From: Escherichia phage vB_EcoS_AKFV33
Sequence record: NC_017969.1
Reading direction: 5' to 3' (one strand)
Length of the DNA stretch: 64,000 nt
In this document: positions 52,858 to 63,979 of the stretch, piece by piece
How the letters are laid out: the number at the start of each line of letters is the position of its first letter
How positions within the stretch are numbered: position 1 is the stretch's first letter
Notes under the pieces: generated by a model
Database searches by the model: none
What the model saw: the letters and a program-made list of their open reading frames with translations, nothing else
What the model was told of the DNA's origin: nothing
Made by a program: the position numbers and the translations under genes

Positions 52858-54930
52858 TTACCTTATATGGATATACCCACTATTTAGGTCTATCTTCATC
52901 TTGTAGTATGCCTCAGGATTTCCTGATAACGCAGCGTTCCTATCATAAATGATGTTAACACCGATCTGAGATAAGAAAGCATTTCCTGCTACAATTTTAT
53001 CTGCCGTCACCGTCCCGTTAACAATCATGTTTCCGTGGAGAACCATTGCAGGGTTAACCCAACCAGACCCGTTCCATTGCCTTGTAAATGCTGATTGTGG
53101 GGCATTACTGTTAAATTCAGTTAATACATCATATTTAACTGGGGGAGAACCGAAGTTACTTTGAAAGAAGGAATTAGCTTGTCCATCATCCCAACCACCT
53201 AAACCTGCTATACCTACAGAGTACATCCCAGGACCACGTTGTCCATCATGCCCTATAGTACCTTCAGTACCACTCCACTGAACCACATCTGACCAGCTAG
53301 TACCCTCTAATAACCTATTAGTAACTGGATCAAGCGTACCTGTAGTGGTATAGATATTTTGTGTCATATCTGTACGGTTAGGTGGAGTTTTTGACCAACT
53401 AGGAGGCGGATAATCTTGTTCTAGTGGTTTAGCGGGTAGAGATGTTGCTAACTTATAAACAAATACTGTTTGCTTACCTTGCATACCAGTACCCAGATCT
53501 ACATCGCCATTAGGAGTTCCAATAACTACTCCACTAGAAATACGTAGCACATCACCATCATAACGTATCCATTGTGTGGCGTTACCAATGTCTAGTTTAG
53601 CTTTGGCAGAAGTATTATCCATACCCATCCAAATACCGGAGTTATTATCACCCCAAGATTTACCTTGAGTGTAAATTGCTGGATTATCCTTACCAGATAA
53701 GTTAGTCATGATAAAGTTCGCAGCATTAATATCTCTAGTAATTACTTTACCATCAACGTTAACAACACGGTTTATAGGATCAAAAGAAATAGGTGCTTTT
53801 CCTTCTTCATCTAGCAGACCAATGTTAATAGCACCAGTAGCTGCGTCGATTAAGAATGTCTGTCTCCAGATTTCTCCATCTTTCATGCTGCCCTTAATAA
53901 AGGCATAATTAACATCAATACCCGTCTCATTGACAAAGCTGTTGTCTAGAGGAGTATCTTCATTCAATATAAATGTTACAGGAGCTGATTCTGTTATATC
54001 TTGCTTATTTGGTCCCCAGGCAATTGATGATACCTTAAAAGTATGCTCAACTTTCCATGGGAATGATATAATTGTTGCAGCTCTAGCAGCCCCAACGTTT
54101 ATCTTTTGAGCTTTAGCCCAACCAGTCTTAGCGTATTCTTCAGAGTTTATATAAGTAACCAGAAATTCACGGACATTAGCACCAGCACCACGTTCCCAGT
54201 CCCATTCTATTCTAACATCATATCGTTCCTTACCGTCTGCGATTCGTGCAGCTTTAAAGGCAATGTTAGTAGGTGCAGTAGGTGGTACGAAATTATAAGC
54301 TACAGTGAAAACGCTAGGATATTCATAATAACCAGATGAGTCAACTGTAACACCATCTGGCATCGTAACTTGACCAGATATTCTGATCTTATAGTCACCA
54401 ACAGGAACACCACCAAATTTGATAGTAGGTCCCAGTGCGCCTATATAATATTTAACCCATTCACTATCTTCTGACGCAGTACTTTTTAATTCAATAGTGC
54501 AGTAACTAGCTTCACCAGCAGTCTCTACAACAACTATTGGAGCACCAACACCAACGTCAACGGGTTCTGATTCAGATCTTGCTGCAGTAATTATTGGCTT
54601 TTCCTTTGTTCTAAAGTTAGTTTCATTAGAGAGGTTGATACCAATCTTAGCTTCCAGTAACTCTGAGTCAATAATTGAGTCATAGAAAGCCCCCTGAATC
54701 TCATAGGAAGTAGAGGGGGTTAGATTATTAATCATTACGAAGAAAGTATCTATACCGGTGTAATCACGTCTATCTATACTTTCTCCTCTTTTTAACCAAA
54801 AAGATCTACCAATAACATCATAATCAGTATAAATGGAGTGCTGGACATAAGCCAAAGTATATCCAGTCATTATACTATTTAAGACCATTTTGGCTGGTGC
54901 ATTATTTGAAATCATTAAATGGATGCCCAC
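52858..54930 (-). CDS. central straight fibre protein (T5 pb4-like)
   Basis: size (690 aa) and position downstream of baseplate hub. Confidence 0.55.
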   Translation of the reverse strand: MGIHLMISNNAPAKMVLNSIMTGYTLAYVQHSIYTDYDVIGRSFWLKRGESIDRRDYTGIDTFFVMINNLTPSTSYEIQGAFYDSIIDSELLEAKIGINLSNETNFRTKEKPIITAARSESEPVDVGVGAPIVVVETAGEASYCTIELKSTASEDSEWVKYYIGALGPTIKFGGVPVGDYKIRISGQVTMPDGVTVDSSGYYEYPSVFTVAYNFVPPTAPTNIAFKAARIADGKERYDVRIEWDWERGAGANVREFLVTYINSEEYAKTGWAKAQKINVGAARAATIISFPWKVEHTFKVSSIAWGPNKQDITESAPVTFILNEDTPLDNSFVNETGIDVNYAFIKGSMKDGEIWRQTFLIDAATGAINIGLLDEEGKAPISFDPINRVVNVDGKVITRDINAANFIMTNLSGKDNPAIYTQGKSWGDNNSGIWMGMDNTSAKAKLDIGNATQWIRYDGDVLRISSGVVIGTPNGDVDLGTGMQGKQTVFVYKLATSLPAKPLEQDYPPPSWSKTPPNRTDMTQNIYTTTGTLDPVTNRLLEGTSWSDVVQWSGTEGTIGHDGQRGPGMYSVGIAGLGGWDDGQANSFFQSNFGSPPVKYDVLTEFNSNAPQSAFTRQWNGSGWVNPAMVLHGNMIVNGTVTADKIVAGNAFLSQIGVNIIYDRNAALSGNPEAYYKMKIDLNSGYIHIR

Positions 54931-57764
54931 TCCACAGACTGTTCTCCATCATCCCCTTCAGCTCTAATACGAAAATACAATTTTCTATTTATACCTAGAG
55001 CACCACTGTTCTGGAGAGCAAAATCTGCCTTATTATATGTTAATAAATAGTCATAAGTATACTGATTTTCAATACGTACACTTCTTAACATCCTATTTTG
55101 CGAATCGTGTATTTCAAGGGTATAAAATATACTCTCTATTATATCTTCTTCAGGTATTCTATCCCAGGCTAGTTTCACATCTGGGCCAACAAACTCAGTT
55201 ACATCTCCAGAAGCAGTATTAATTACCCTAAAATTAGATACTACACTAAGGTTTTTAGCAGAGTTAAGTTCTATAGACAGAGTCACCGGGGAACTTCTTC
55301 TACCATTAATATCTACTGCCCTTATCTCAAATATAGCCAGACCTGCTGGTTCTCCAATTATTTCTTGGATCATACGTTCGTTAGGGTTGGTCTCTAACTG
55401 TTGTACTATGTAAGGTTCGGCATGGCCTGAGTGCACAATAGAGTAATAGACTACATTATTGGTTAGACTCGGAAGCCAGGATAACTCACCATTTTTACCT
55501 ATAGAACCTACTAAACCGCCAGGAGTAGGGGTATACTTAAAGTCTCTAGGAGGAAGCACATTGTTACTAATATCTGGTATATCATTACCACTATTATCTA
55601 CTTGATCAGAGTTGATAAATACATCCTCTCCATACTCTTGTAGGGTAACATTTATCTTTCCTTCCCTAGAGTTTTCCACTTCGTCTACTAGGAAGTACTT
55701 CTTATCCCATCCGTAACGGTCGTATGTAAATGCAATAGCATCATTAGGCTCAATACCGATGAATTGATATGGCAATGAGAAAGAAAGTGTTCTTGAGTAT
55801 CTAGATTTCTTAAGTTCCCTATCAGCAAAACTTCTTGCAGTATAATAATTAGTAATATTAGCAAAAGATAGTTGTAGTTTTTTATCCAGGTTCTTGTCTT
55901 GTTCCTTATACTTGGAGTTATAGAATGTAATGGAATTAGTTTTCCAGCTAAGGGCTGGGTCTACGATAGATGCTTGAACTGAGTTGAATTTATTTCTACC
56001 AGTAGTATCTGATAGCTCCAAATCACCATAAGTATCTAGAAAATTAATCTCTAATGGAGTATTAGAGTATTTTTCTACAGTAACCCTGTACTGGCCAGAT
56101 AAGTTGTTAATAGCCCCACCGTAGGACTCTAATAAACCTTGCACATTTTTAAATACTGATTCAGATGTATCCAGAATAGTATTCATTTGTACTATTTGTC
56201 TATTTTCTGCTAGTGGATCAGTCCACCCAACGTATCTCCAATATGGCTGCCAAGATACCTGATAGGATTCATCTATAATATCTAAAATAGCTGCTTCCTG
56301 TATTAATTGCTGAAGGGGGAACTGATCAATGGTAATATTAGCACCGTATCTATCAGAGGTTAAGTAATCAAGTGTTTGCCAAATACCATTTAAACTAGTA
56401 CTATTAGCAGTTACTCTACCATCAGAATGATAGACTTTTACTTTTTTACCTTGAATTTCAGCACTAACTTCAGGAATCTCAGTCCTATTTTCATTAATAG
56501 TGAAGCGCACCACTGCGTATGCAGTATCTAATAGTTTATACCTAGCATCCCAGTACTCCGGTCCATTGCCATTCATATTCTGAAGGTAGAACCCACGTTC
56601 TTTAGCTATATCTACTAGTACTTCAGAAGCCGTTTGATCAGATTTTCCATGATACGTCCAAATTCTTATGTCACCATTACCATCATTATACTTATACTCC
56701 TGCCCATGCACGGAAGGACTACTAGAAGGTGTTCCTGACGCTATTCTTTGCATGGTGTCCCCAGCCACTTTTTTAGTACCAAAGCAGGTTCTAGCGGAGC
56801 TATCATTAGCATCTACGCAGATCATAGGGTTATCACCAAAAGAGAAATCAAGAAAACCATCAATCTCCCCCTCAGCAAAGGCGTATACGACATAAACTAT
56901 GTTGGGATTGTGTAGTTCTGTATCAGCAAAAATTGGTATTCCTGGTATTTTCTGTACTCCATAAACTACTGGGATATATTTAGCAGCAAGGTTAAAATCT
57001 ATATCTACTTCCTTAGTGACAGTTTCATAGTATTTTTTAAGGCTGTAGCTTCTAGATAAGCCAAATAGTTTTTTCTTTGATTTTAGCTTATACCTTTCTT
57101 CCTGTACTTGGTACTTTGCTAGTATAGATATACTCTTATTAGAATGAAAGAACCCATAGTCTTCTTGGTACTCAGGTCTTTTAGCACCATTAGATGGTAC
57201 TAACTGTCCAGCTACAACTTCAAGTCCCCTATGGGAGGCGTCATCAGTATATCTACCATTAACTCTATCAAAATCATAGAATTGGTTAGAACAATTCCAG
57301 GTAATTGTAGAGGTTCCTACTCCAGAGGTACTAATGTTATCTTTAATGCCCCCTCCAGTAATCCTCCCCCTAAAGTATAGTAGAGGACCATTTGTATCTG
57401 GGTCTACTGGTAGAATAGAACCATCTTCGGTAATAATTGCTTGATGAATTGATACGGTTCTATCTAAGAAGGATACACCATTTTGCACTAGTTTTAGTAC
57501 TTCATCCTGTGCTGTACCAGTAATAGTAAAAGATAGACTACCAATAGATAAATCTCTATTTTGTTTGTGTGTGCTAATAGACTTAACTTTACCCGCCTGG
57601 TATAGGATGCCATTATATAGTACATCCCTAAAATAATCAGTTAAATAAATAAAAGCAGTACTAGTACCAGTAGAGCCAGGTAACTCTAGAGAAATTAGAC
57701 TAGCAGTTTTTATTCTGCTATTATTTTTTAAGTAGTTTCTAGCACTATCTAGTATTTTTTTCAT
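54915..57764 (-). CDS. baseplate hub protein (T5 pb3-like)
   Basis: 949 aa, position after Dit. Confidence 0.6.
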   Translation of the reverse strand: MKKILDSARNYLKNNSRIKTASLISLELPGSTGTSTAFIYLTDYFRDVLYNGILYQAGKVKSISTHKQNRDLSIGSLSFTITGTAQDEVLKLVQNGVSFLDRTVSIHQAIITEDGSILPVDPDTNGPLLYFRGRITGGGIKDNISTSGVGTSTITWNCSNQFYDFDRVNGRYTDDASHRGLEVVAGQLVPSNGAKRPEYQEDYGFFHSNKSISILAKYQVQEERYKLKSKKKLFGLSRSYSLKKYYETVTKEVDIDFNLAAKYIPVVYGVQKIPGIPIFADTELHNPNIVYVVYAFAEGEIDGFLDFSFGDNPMICVDANDSSARTCFGTKKVAGDTMQRIASGTPSSSPSVHGQEYKYNDGNGDIRIWTYHGKSDQTASEVLVDIAKERGFYLQNMNGNGPEYWDARYKLLDTAYAVVRFTINENRTEIPEVSAEIQGKKVKVYHSDGRVTANSTSLNGIWQTLDYLTSDRYGANITIDQFPLQQLIQEAAILDIIDESYQVSWQPYWRYVGWTDPLAENRQIVQMNTILDTSESVFKNVQGLLESYGGAINNLSGQYRVTVEKYSNTPLEINFLDTYGDLELSDTTGRNKFNSVQASIVDPALSWKTNSITFYNSKYKEQDKNLDKKLQLSFANITNYYTARSFADRELKKSRYSRTLSFSLPYQFIGIEPNDAIAFTYDRYGWDKKYFLVDEVENSREGKINVTLQEYGEDVFINSDQVDNSGNDIPDISNNVLPPRDFKYTPTPGGLVGSIGKNGELSWLPSLTNNVVYYSIVHSGHAEPYIVQQLETNPNERMIQEIIGEPAGLAIFEIRAVDINGRRSSPVTLSIELNSAKNLSVVSNFRVINTASGDVTEFVGPDVKLAWDRIPEEDIIESIFYTLEIHDSQNRMLRSVRIENQYTYDYLLTYNKADFALQNSGALGINRKLYFRIRAEGDDGEQSVEWASI

Positions 57765-58375
57765 AAACTTTCCCGTAAATTTAATGAGATGCCGGAATAT
57801 GTTCCGTTATTATTTAATGTAGATCCGAAAGCATCACCATTCATGAGTTTTGTTCTAAATAGTATCCCATTAAATACTGGTTTTTCAGCTCCAGTAGTAG
57901 TTACAAATAAATCAGGATATACGTTAATAGACCATGAATTACCAGATCTATTAAATGATGTTATTTTATAAACTTTTGGGTGATTGGATAACTTAAATAA
58001 ATCACCTGGTTTAGGAATACCGGTAAGAACACCTTTTGTATCCATAGTAATATTGGAACCTTTCTGTCCAGCAGGTATATTTACTAAGTTAGTATTACCC
58101 CTAACCCTAAAAGCCTCATACTGAGGTAGTATAACATCAATGTAGCCTCCTGTCCTCTTATACTCTAGAATAAAGGAATCTAGAACACTGAATTCATCAG
58201 GAAACAATTCTGGGTAAGAAATGTTTATACCCCAGTACTGAGCGGATACCTTAACTTCGTTAACTTTACCATTAGGTAACTCATCACGAATTACTGGGTC
58301 ATTATCAATCAGGTTAACATTTTCGAATCCTAAGCCTGAAAGTTCTGGATTCGTGTATGGGTCTGGTAATCTCAT
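57761..58375 (-). CDS. distal tail protein Dit (T5 pb9-like)
   Basis: 204 aa, immediately downstream of tape measure. Confidence 0.6.
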   Translation of the reverse strand: MRLPDPYTNPELSGLGFENVNLIDNDPVIRDELPNGKVNEVKVSAQYWGINISYPELFPDEFSVLDSFILEYKRTGGYIDVILPQYEAFRVRGNTNLVNIPAGQKGSNITMDTKGVLTGIPKPGDLFKLSNHPKVYKITSFNRSGNSWSINVYPDLFVTTTGAEKPVFNGILFRTKLMNGDAFGSTLNNNGTYSGISLNLRESL

Positions 58376-58402
58376 AGTTAATTTCTCCTCTTTAATAACA
58401 AT

Positions 58403-58431
58403 ATTATAATAGTATTAGAAAATTTTATCAA
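58403..58431 (-). promoter_or_regulatory. sigma70-like promoter (TTGATA-17-TATAAT) inside the tail gene block
   Basis: motif immediately after the tape-measure terminator. Confidence 0.4.
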
Positions 58432-58450
58432 GAAATTTTTATTTTTCCAT

Positions 58451-58478
58451 AAAGAAAAGGAGGACTCAAAGTCCTCCT
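58451..58478 (-). terminator. rho-independent terminator after tape measure gene
   Basis: GGAGGAC-TTTGA-GTCCTCC then TTTTCTTT on minus strand. Confidence 0.6.
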
Positions 58479-58484
58479 CCAGTT

Positions 58485-61400
58485 TTAAGAATTTCCTAAT
58501 GTTTTCAGACTAGCACCGTTCTCATTCAGAGCTAATTCTACTGCGTCTCTCAGAGCACCACTATTACTAGAGGCAAACTCTCTAAAACTTGCAGCATCCA
58601 TAGCACTAATATTCAGGATGATAGGTCTTCCTGAAGTTGAGTTAGACGAGGTTTTTAGCTCATCATTAGGTGTAGCTTTCATAGGAACCATAGGGGTAAC
58701 TACTTCTGTACCATGCTCACCCATTTGATAGCTAACCCCTGGATACATATTACCCCCCTCAGCACGAGGAACGAAAGAGTTGGCACTACCTATACCTTGA
58801 TCGCCACGAATATAAGATAGTTCACCTGCATTAGCAGACATGGACACATCTATATTCTTCTGACGCTCTCCTAAGGTTAAGTAACTAGTTGTATCCGCCC
58901 CAGAATCCGCAATACTTGACATACTAGATGCAGAGGATGCCTGAGCAAGAGCTAATGCACCTGCCAAACCTGCCGCTACCATCAGAGGGATAGAGAACGG
59001 GTATGGTACAGCTGTTGCTGCCTGCATAACTGCTACTGCAGTTTGGATGATAATCTGCTTCTTAGCTGCATCTTGTTGAATCTTCAGCTTTTCAGCTTCC
59101 AACTTCTTCAACTTAGCTTTAGATGCTTCTGATTTACCATCTCGTTTCTGCTCTGCTGCAATAGCCTGATCAATCGCACTAACCTGTTGACTAGTACTAT
59201 ATTGAATCATAGAGGCTACAGTCTGCATACCTGCTGCGATCGTGGAAGTAGTGTCTAAAGACCCCATAGAGAACTGAATCATAGCATTGGTTAAATTACC
59301 CATGCTTTGAGCTACAGCAGTTGCTTCGGAATTTAACTCAGATAGTTTAGAAATTGCCTGATCATAAGAAGCCATTCTATTTCCCATATCAGCAAAATCT
59401 TTATCTTCTCCAGATAGTCCAGTTGTAGGAGTATACACAGCACCTAAAGAAGATCCAACAGAAGCTTGCATCTCCGCATTTCTCTGTGCCCTTAAACCTG
59501 CTAGTTGTGCCCTAGTTTCAGCTATCTTTTTATTATACTCCGCTTGTGCCGCAGCATTACCTAATGTTTTCTGCTTTAAGTCTTCATATAATTTTAGCTG
59601 TTCCTGTAAGCGCTCCGCATTTCCCATTAGTGGTTTAGCAGTAAATTGTCTTTGCTGTTCTTCCTCTCTACCAGCAGCCATTGAAGCAATCTGATCTTGG
59701 CGGAATTTCCAGATTTCACGTTCAATTTGGGCTTGAGCACGTCTAGACTGTTCAGCCTCTTTCTGTTTATCAGCTTGTTTTGTATACCATTCGTACTTCT
59801 CCTTTTCAATGGTCAATTCAAGATTTAACTGTGCTAGACGATACTGAGTATCTGTCATAGTACGGTTATTTAAGAGAGCTATCTCACGATCTACACCCAG
59901 GATTTTATCTGTATAATCCTTAACCTTCTTCTGAGCCTCCATACCCTGATTAGTAAGTTTAAGTTTCTCCAGCTGAATTTTTTCAATTTCTTTCTCAACA
60001 GCTTTATTTCCCTGATTAGTTTGAAGTACACGGCGTAAAGCAGCTTCTTGCTCTTCTAACTGTTGGAGTTCTAAACGCCTACCAGCTTCCTGTGCTTTTT
60101 CTTTATCTTTAGTTTGGTTGTATACATCAGCTATCTTCTGTTGAACTGCTAACTGGTTCTTAGTCTCATTACCAGTTAGTTTAACGTACTCAGATAAGGC
60201 CTGAGACGCAGTTTTCATTTCAGACAGAGTATTATAGCCTAGGTTAAGATTTTTAACGTATTCATCAGCACTCTTACCAGTACCTAGAGATAGAGATTCT
60301 ATGTTTTTTATAGCATCTGCTAAAGTAGCACTAGTTTTAGCAGCAGTATCTGTATTCTGAGCAACGTTCTGTATATCATTAGCTAAGTCACTAGCAGTTT
60401 TCTTAGTCTGATTGTATGCTTTCTGCTGCTCAGTTAGTCCTTTTAATACAGTAGAGTTAAAATCATATACAGCACCAGGATCAGTAGTATCTCTCTGTAG
60501 ATTAATTTGCTTCTGAAACTCTGGACTAGCCTTTGCAGCAGCAGCCCCGGCAGCTTGATACGCTGATTTCCAAGCATTGAGGTTCTCTGTAGAATCCTCT
60601 ACTTCTTTACCAAGTCTAGTTACTTGTAAACCCATAGCTGCAGTTTCTGCTACAAATTGCTTATTGGCCTCCGAAGCACCTGCTGCTGCAAGACCAACAG
60701 GAATACCTTCACCAACTTGACGTATAGCTAGTTTTGTATAGAAATCTGCTTGTTCCATTCGTTTATCGAACTCAGATTTTAGCTTATTACGCTTATCAAG
60801 AGATTCCTTATACATATCTAGAGCTTTATTATAGCCTTCTTCAGAAGCAGCTAAACTTAAAGCAACAGCACCAACGTTGGTAGGGTCTATCTGTCTATTA
60901 GTTTTTTCTTGGGCCCTAGCTGCCTCAGCAGATATAGAAGCCTGAGATGTATAAAATACTGTGTTGATAGCATCAATTACTGGCCCTAAATACTTAGCAG
61001 CAGCTTGTTGTATTTTTCTTAGTGCAGCATCTGCATTAGCAGCAAATTGCTCCCATGGAGTTGCACGTAGTACTTCATCTAGGTAGCCAAACCGCTTAGT
61101 AGATTCAGCAATTACCGCGTTAGCGTATGCTTGTTGTTTCTGGAAAGTGGTAAGACTATTAACATTATATGTTATACCTGTGTTTGCAGCATTTAACTGT
61201 TTAACATAATCAGCGTATGCGTCATTAAGACGGATGGTGACACCAAGTTCATCCAGAAGTTCGATTTCTTGTTTAGATACGCCCTTAATTACACGGTTAA
61301 GTGCATCAGTCATATCAACGCCAAGAACAGCAGCCGCACGACGAGCTACTAAACCAAATTTATTAAGTTGTTCAGCATCAAATCCATAAGCAGATGCTGA

Positions 61401-62165
61401 AGATGCCTGTCTCATTGCTTCCTCAAAAGAAATAGCATATCCAGCAGCTTCTTGTAGTGATCTAGCAAGGGTCTGAACAGGAGTACCTGTCTGAGTACCT
61501 ACTATAACACCAAATTTTTCTAGACGATTCAGCTGATCACCTAGTTTAAGTTGTTCGAATGCAGATTGCAAAACGAAGATGTTGGAAGCAAGAGCTGCGT
61601 ACATAATAGGTAAACTACCACCGATCTTAGCCATTGCCGCAAAATCACGAGTTGCACCACGTGCTGAACCAGAAGTATTACCAATAGCTCTAGAAGCTCT
61701 ACCAGCGGCACCAGCAGTGTCATTAAAACCTCTAGCTGTACCACCTAATGCTCTATTAGTATCATATAGTCTATCCTGTACTTTTTCTGTTGCAGCTGCA
61801 ACATCATTACCCATTGTTTTAACAGATCTAGAAACTCCATCGAATCCAATTTCTAGTTTATCTGTTACTTCAATAAGCTGGATAGCCAGGTAGTCTAGCT
61901 TATCACCAATACCATCAATGGATTTAGTGATACCAGCCATACCCCTACTAGCTTGCATTTTAGTAAGACTTTTCGCTGCTCTGTCTGCTGCCCTCTCAAT
62001 GGAATAAAGAGTTCTGGGCATTTTACCTAACTGCTCATTTGTCAGTTCGGAAGCAGCAGCAGCATTTTCCAACGCATCAGATACGTTTTCAATAGACTTT
62101 GCAGTACGAGTTGCCCCCTTCTGTTTAACGTCTATTAGTAATTCTCGTATTAGCTTATCAGTCAT
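58485..62165 (-). CDS. tail tape measure protein (T5 pb2-like)
   Basis: 1226 aa, Ala/Gln-rich coiled-coil core, hydrophobic segment AVAVMQAATAVPYPFSIPLMVAAGLAGALALA. Confidence 0.85.
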   Translation of the reverse strand: MTDKLIRELLIDVKQKGATRTAKSIENVSDALENAAAASELTNEQLGKMPRTLYSIERAADRAAKSLTKMQASRGMAGITKSIDGIGDKLDYLAIQLIEVTDKLEIGFDGVSRSVKTMGNDVAAATEKVQDRLYDTNRALGGTARGFNDTAGAAGRASRAIGNTSGSARGATRDFAAMAKIGGSLPIMYAALASNIFVLQSAFEQLKLGDQLNRLEKFGVIVGTQTGTPVQTLARSLQEAAGYAISFEEAMRQASSASAYGFDAEQLNKFGLVARRAAAVLGVDMTDALNRVIKGVSKQEIELLDELGVTIRLNDAYADYVKQLNAANTGITYNVNSLTTFQKQQAYANAVIAESTKRFGYLDEVLRATPWEQFAANADAALRKIQQAAAKYLGPVIDAINTVFYTSQASISAEAARAQEKTNRQIDPTNVGAVALSLAASEEGYNKALDMYKESLDKRNKLKSEFDKRMEQADFYTKLAIRQVGEGIPVGLAAAGASEANKQFVAETAAMGLQVTRLGKEVEDSTENLNAWKSAYQAAGAAAAKASPEFQKQINLQRDTTDPGAVYDFNSTVLKGLTEQQKAYNQTKKTASDLANDIQNVAQNTDTAAKTSATLADAIKNIESLSLGTGKSADEYVKNLNLGYNTLSEMKTASQALSEYVKLTGNETKNQLAVQQKIADVYNQTKDKEKAQEAGRRLELQQLEEQEAALRRVLQTNQGNKAVEKEIEKIQLEKLKLTNQGMEAQKKVKDYTDKILGVDREIALLNNRTMTDTQYRLAQLNLELTIEKEKYEWYTKQADKQKEAEQSRRAQAQIEREIWKFRQDQIASMAAGREEEQQRQFTAKPLMGNAERLQEQLKLYEDLKQKTLGNAAAQAEYNKKIAETRAQLAGLRAQRNAEMQASVGSSLGAVYTPTTGLSGEDKDFADMGNRMASYDQAISKLSELNSEATAVAQSMGNLTNAMIQFSMGSLDTTSTIAAGMQTVASMIQYSTSQQVSAIDQAIAAEQKRDGKSEASKAKLKKLEAEKLKIQQDAAKKQIIIQTAVAVMQAATAVPYPFSIPLMVAAGLAGALALAQASSASSMSSIADSGADTTSYLTLGERQKNIDVSMSANAGELSYIRGDQGIGSANSFVPRAEGGNMYPGVSYQMGEHGTEVVTPMVPMKATPNDELKTSSNSTSGRPIILNISAMDAASFREFASSNSGALRDAVELALNENGASLKTLGNS

Positions 62166-62182
62166 GTTTTATTTTTCCCAAT

Positions 62183-62213
62183 AAAAAAGGCTCTGGGCAA
62201 ATCACCCAGAGCC
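62183..62213 (-). terminator. rho-independent terminator between chaperone ORF and tape measure gene
   Basis: GGCTCTGGG-TGATTTG-CCCAGAGCC then TTTTTT on minus strand. Confidence 0.6.
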
Positions 62214-62248
62214 AAGCCTCATCGTGGAACGCCCATTGGAGGAAACTT

Positions 62249-62617
62249 TTATCGTGCACGAGATCTAGCATGTGGCTTAACGTTAGGAATTCTTCCGTTT
62301 TGCGGTTTATGCTTCTCAGCACGTTTACGTGCAGCATCTACAGCTTTAGCATCAAATATATTGATAATGTGTAGAACAAATTCTTTCTCTATAGGATCAG
62401 TAATCCCATAAATATCGAATAAAACACCTAGAGCAGCTTTGTCTTTGCCTATAAATATAGGAAAGTCACCCGGTATGAAACAGTCAACTAGACTGTTATA
62501 GATATTCATACTAATAGCTACAATAGGTGGAAAGTCTTCAAGTTCAACAGGCATAGCCTTAGGGTCGGGTTCTATACCCATTGACTCACAAAGTATTAAA
62601 TATTGTTGTTTAGTCAT
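62249..62617 (-). CDS. tail assembly chaperone-like protein (possible frameshift product)
   Basis: directly upstream of tape measure; frame open 30 codons upstream into previous ORF; no obvious RBS. Confidence 0.4.
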   Translation of the reverse strand: MTKQQYLILCESMGIEPDPKAMPVELEDFPPIVAISMNIYNSLVDCFIPGDFPIFIGKDKAALGVLFDIYGITDPIEKEFVLHIINIFDAKAVDAARKRAEKHKPQNGRIPNVKPHARSRAR

Positions 62618-62678
62618 TTTAGATGCTGAGCTTTTAATACACTTATCTGCAAAATCAGCAACAGCATCTAGTAGTTCT

Positions 62679-63083
62679 TTACGCTTTTGGGCTACGAAAA
62701 GTATCTAAGTGGAACACTGTCTGGTTGATCCAAGAATCAAACGCAGCAGAGTTCTGCATAAGCATTACAGCATTATCACGACTAAAGGGAACTTCAGTAG
62801 CGGGATCAGCGTCTGTTTCAATCAGCATCAGTTTTTCAACATCACCAACAGTTAAGCCAGTCCAGCCTTTAATAGCTGCGTCAATAAATGCTTCAATGAA
62901 CTTATCATCATCCTGTACCTGAACCAAAGTACCATTAACCCATTCATCGCGTTTAGCAGAAGAAATAACACGTTTAGAGGTAGCACGAGACATATAGTTA
63001 AGTTCTAGTTTAAAATTCGGCATACCTGGGTAGGAAAGAGTAATAGTACGAGTATCAAGAGTAATATCTTTTAAATTAATCAT
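62679..63083 (-). CDS. tail assembly chaperone-like protein
   Basis: position upstream of tape measure. Confidence 0.5.
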   Translation of the reverse strand: MINLKDITLDTRTITLSYPGMPNFKLELNYMSRATSKRVISSAKRDEWVNGTLVQVQDDDKFIEAFIDAAIKGWTGLTVGDVEKLMLIETDADPATEVPFSRDNAVMLMQNSAAFDSWINQTVFHLDTFRSPKA

Positions 63084-63979
63084 TTTTTAATTTCTCCAAA
63101 GAAATCTATTCTCACTGGGTCTGAAGAAGCAGTAGGTATAATATCCCACTCAACTCTATACACATCTGAGAACTCTAGGCGTTTTGTAATACGTGCTGAA
63201 GGAAAATCTATAGAAATATTATTATTTCTTATATTTAAAGGTACATCTGTCTCCGGTTCGATATTGTAAACCATATCTCCTGCAAAACGTTTTAGGTAAT
63301 ATAGAGAAATGGTTGCCGAAGCATTCATTTCATTTACATAAGCTCTTTTATTATTATAAATTTTATTTATATCAAAAACACTCTTATCCTCTCTCCAGGA
63401 GCACTGCTGTTGGAAAGACAAAGAGGCAGAAATAAGACCGGGTAAGATGCTGCCATTAGTAGAAGCTATTACTGGGCTGTAAGACATTACTTCACCCTGT
63501 ATAATAGAAGAAGCTTCTCTATAGGTAGATACTTCTGAGAATTTCCCAGACTCAATACCAACATTAAGAATTGGTATATTCTTATCTAAAGAAAAATCTA
63601 CTGTAGATACATAGCAGTTTTCAAAATATACACAGTTATTATCTTTGTTTACTATATAGATATTGAACATAATAGGTTCAATATTACTACTATATAGTGG
63701 GAGTAAGAAAGTATTACCTTTTCTATCAAAACCTAACCATTCAAAGAAGTTAGCTTCAGTAAGAGTATTACTAAAATTTACTGCTAGAGAGATAGAAGAG
63801 GGGGTTTGAGCATTTATAATAGAGTCTGCATAGTTAGTTCTACGATGAACAGTCCTACGAAGAGTCTTGAATTCCTCGTAGGAAGTCTGTATATCATAGT
63901 TTGATAGGGCATCAAAATGAAATGCCCTACCATCATACTCAACTATAACTTTTGACTCTCTCATTAGAGAGTAGTACAT
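63080..63979 (-). CDS. tail collar/minor tail protein (T5 p140-like, 299 aa)
   Basis: size and position. Confidence 0.45.
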   Translation of the reverse strand: MYYSLMRESKVIVEYDGRAFHFDALSNYDIQTSYEEFKTLRRTVHRRTNYADSIINAQTPSSISLAVNFSNTLTEANFFEWLGFDRKGNTFLLPLYSSNIEPIMFNIYIVNKDNNCVYFENCYVSTVDFSLDKNIPILNVGIESGKFSEVSTYREASSIIQGEVMSYSPVIASTNGSILPGLISASLSFQQQCSWREDKSVFDINKIYNNKRAYVNEMNASATISLYYLKRFAGDMVYNIEPETDVPLNIRNNNISIDFPSARITKRLEFSDVYRVEWDIIPTASSDPVRIDFFGEIKK

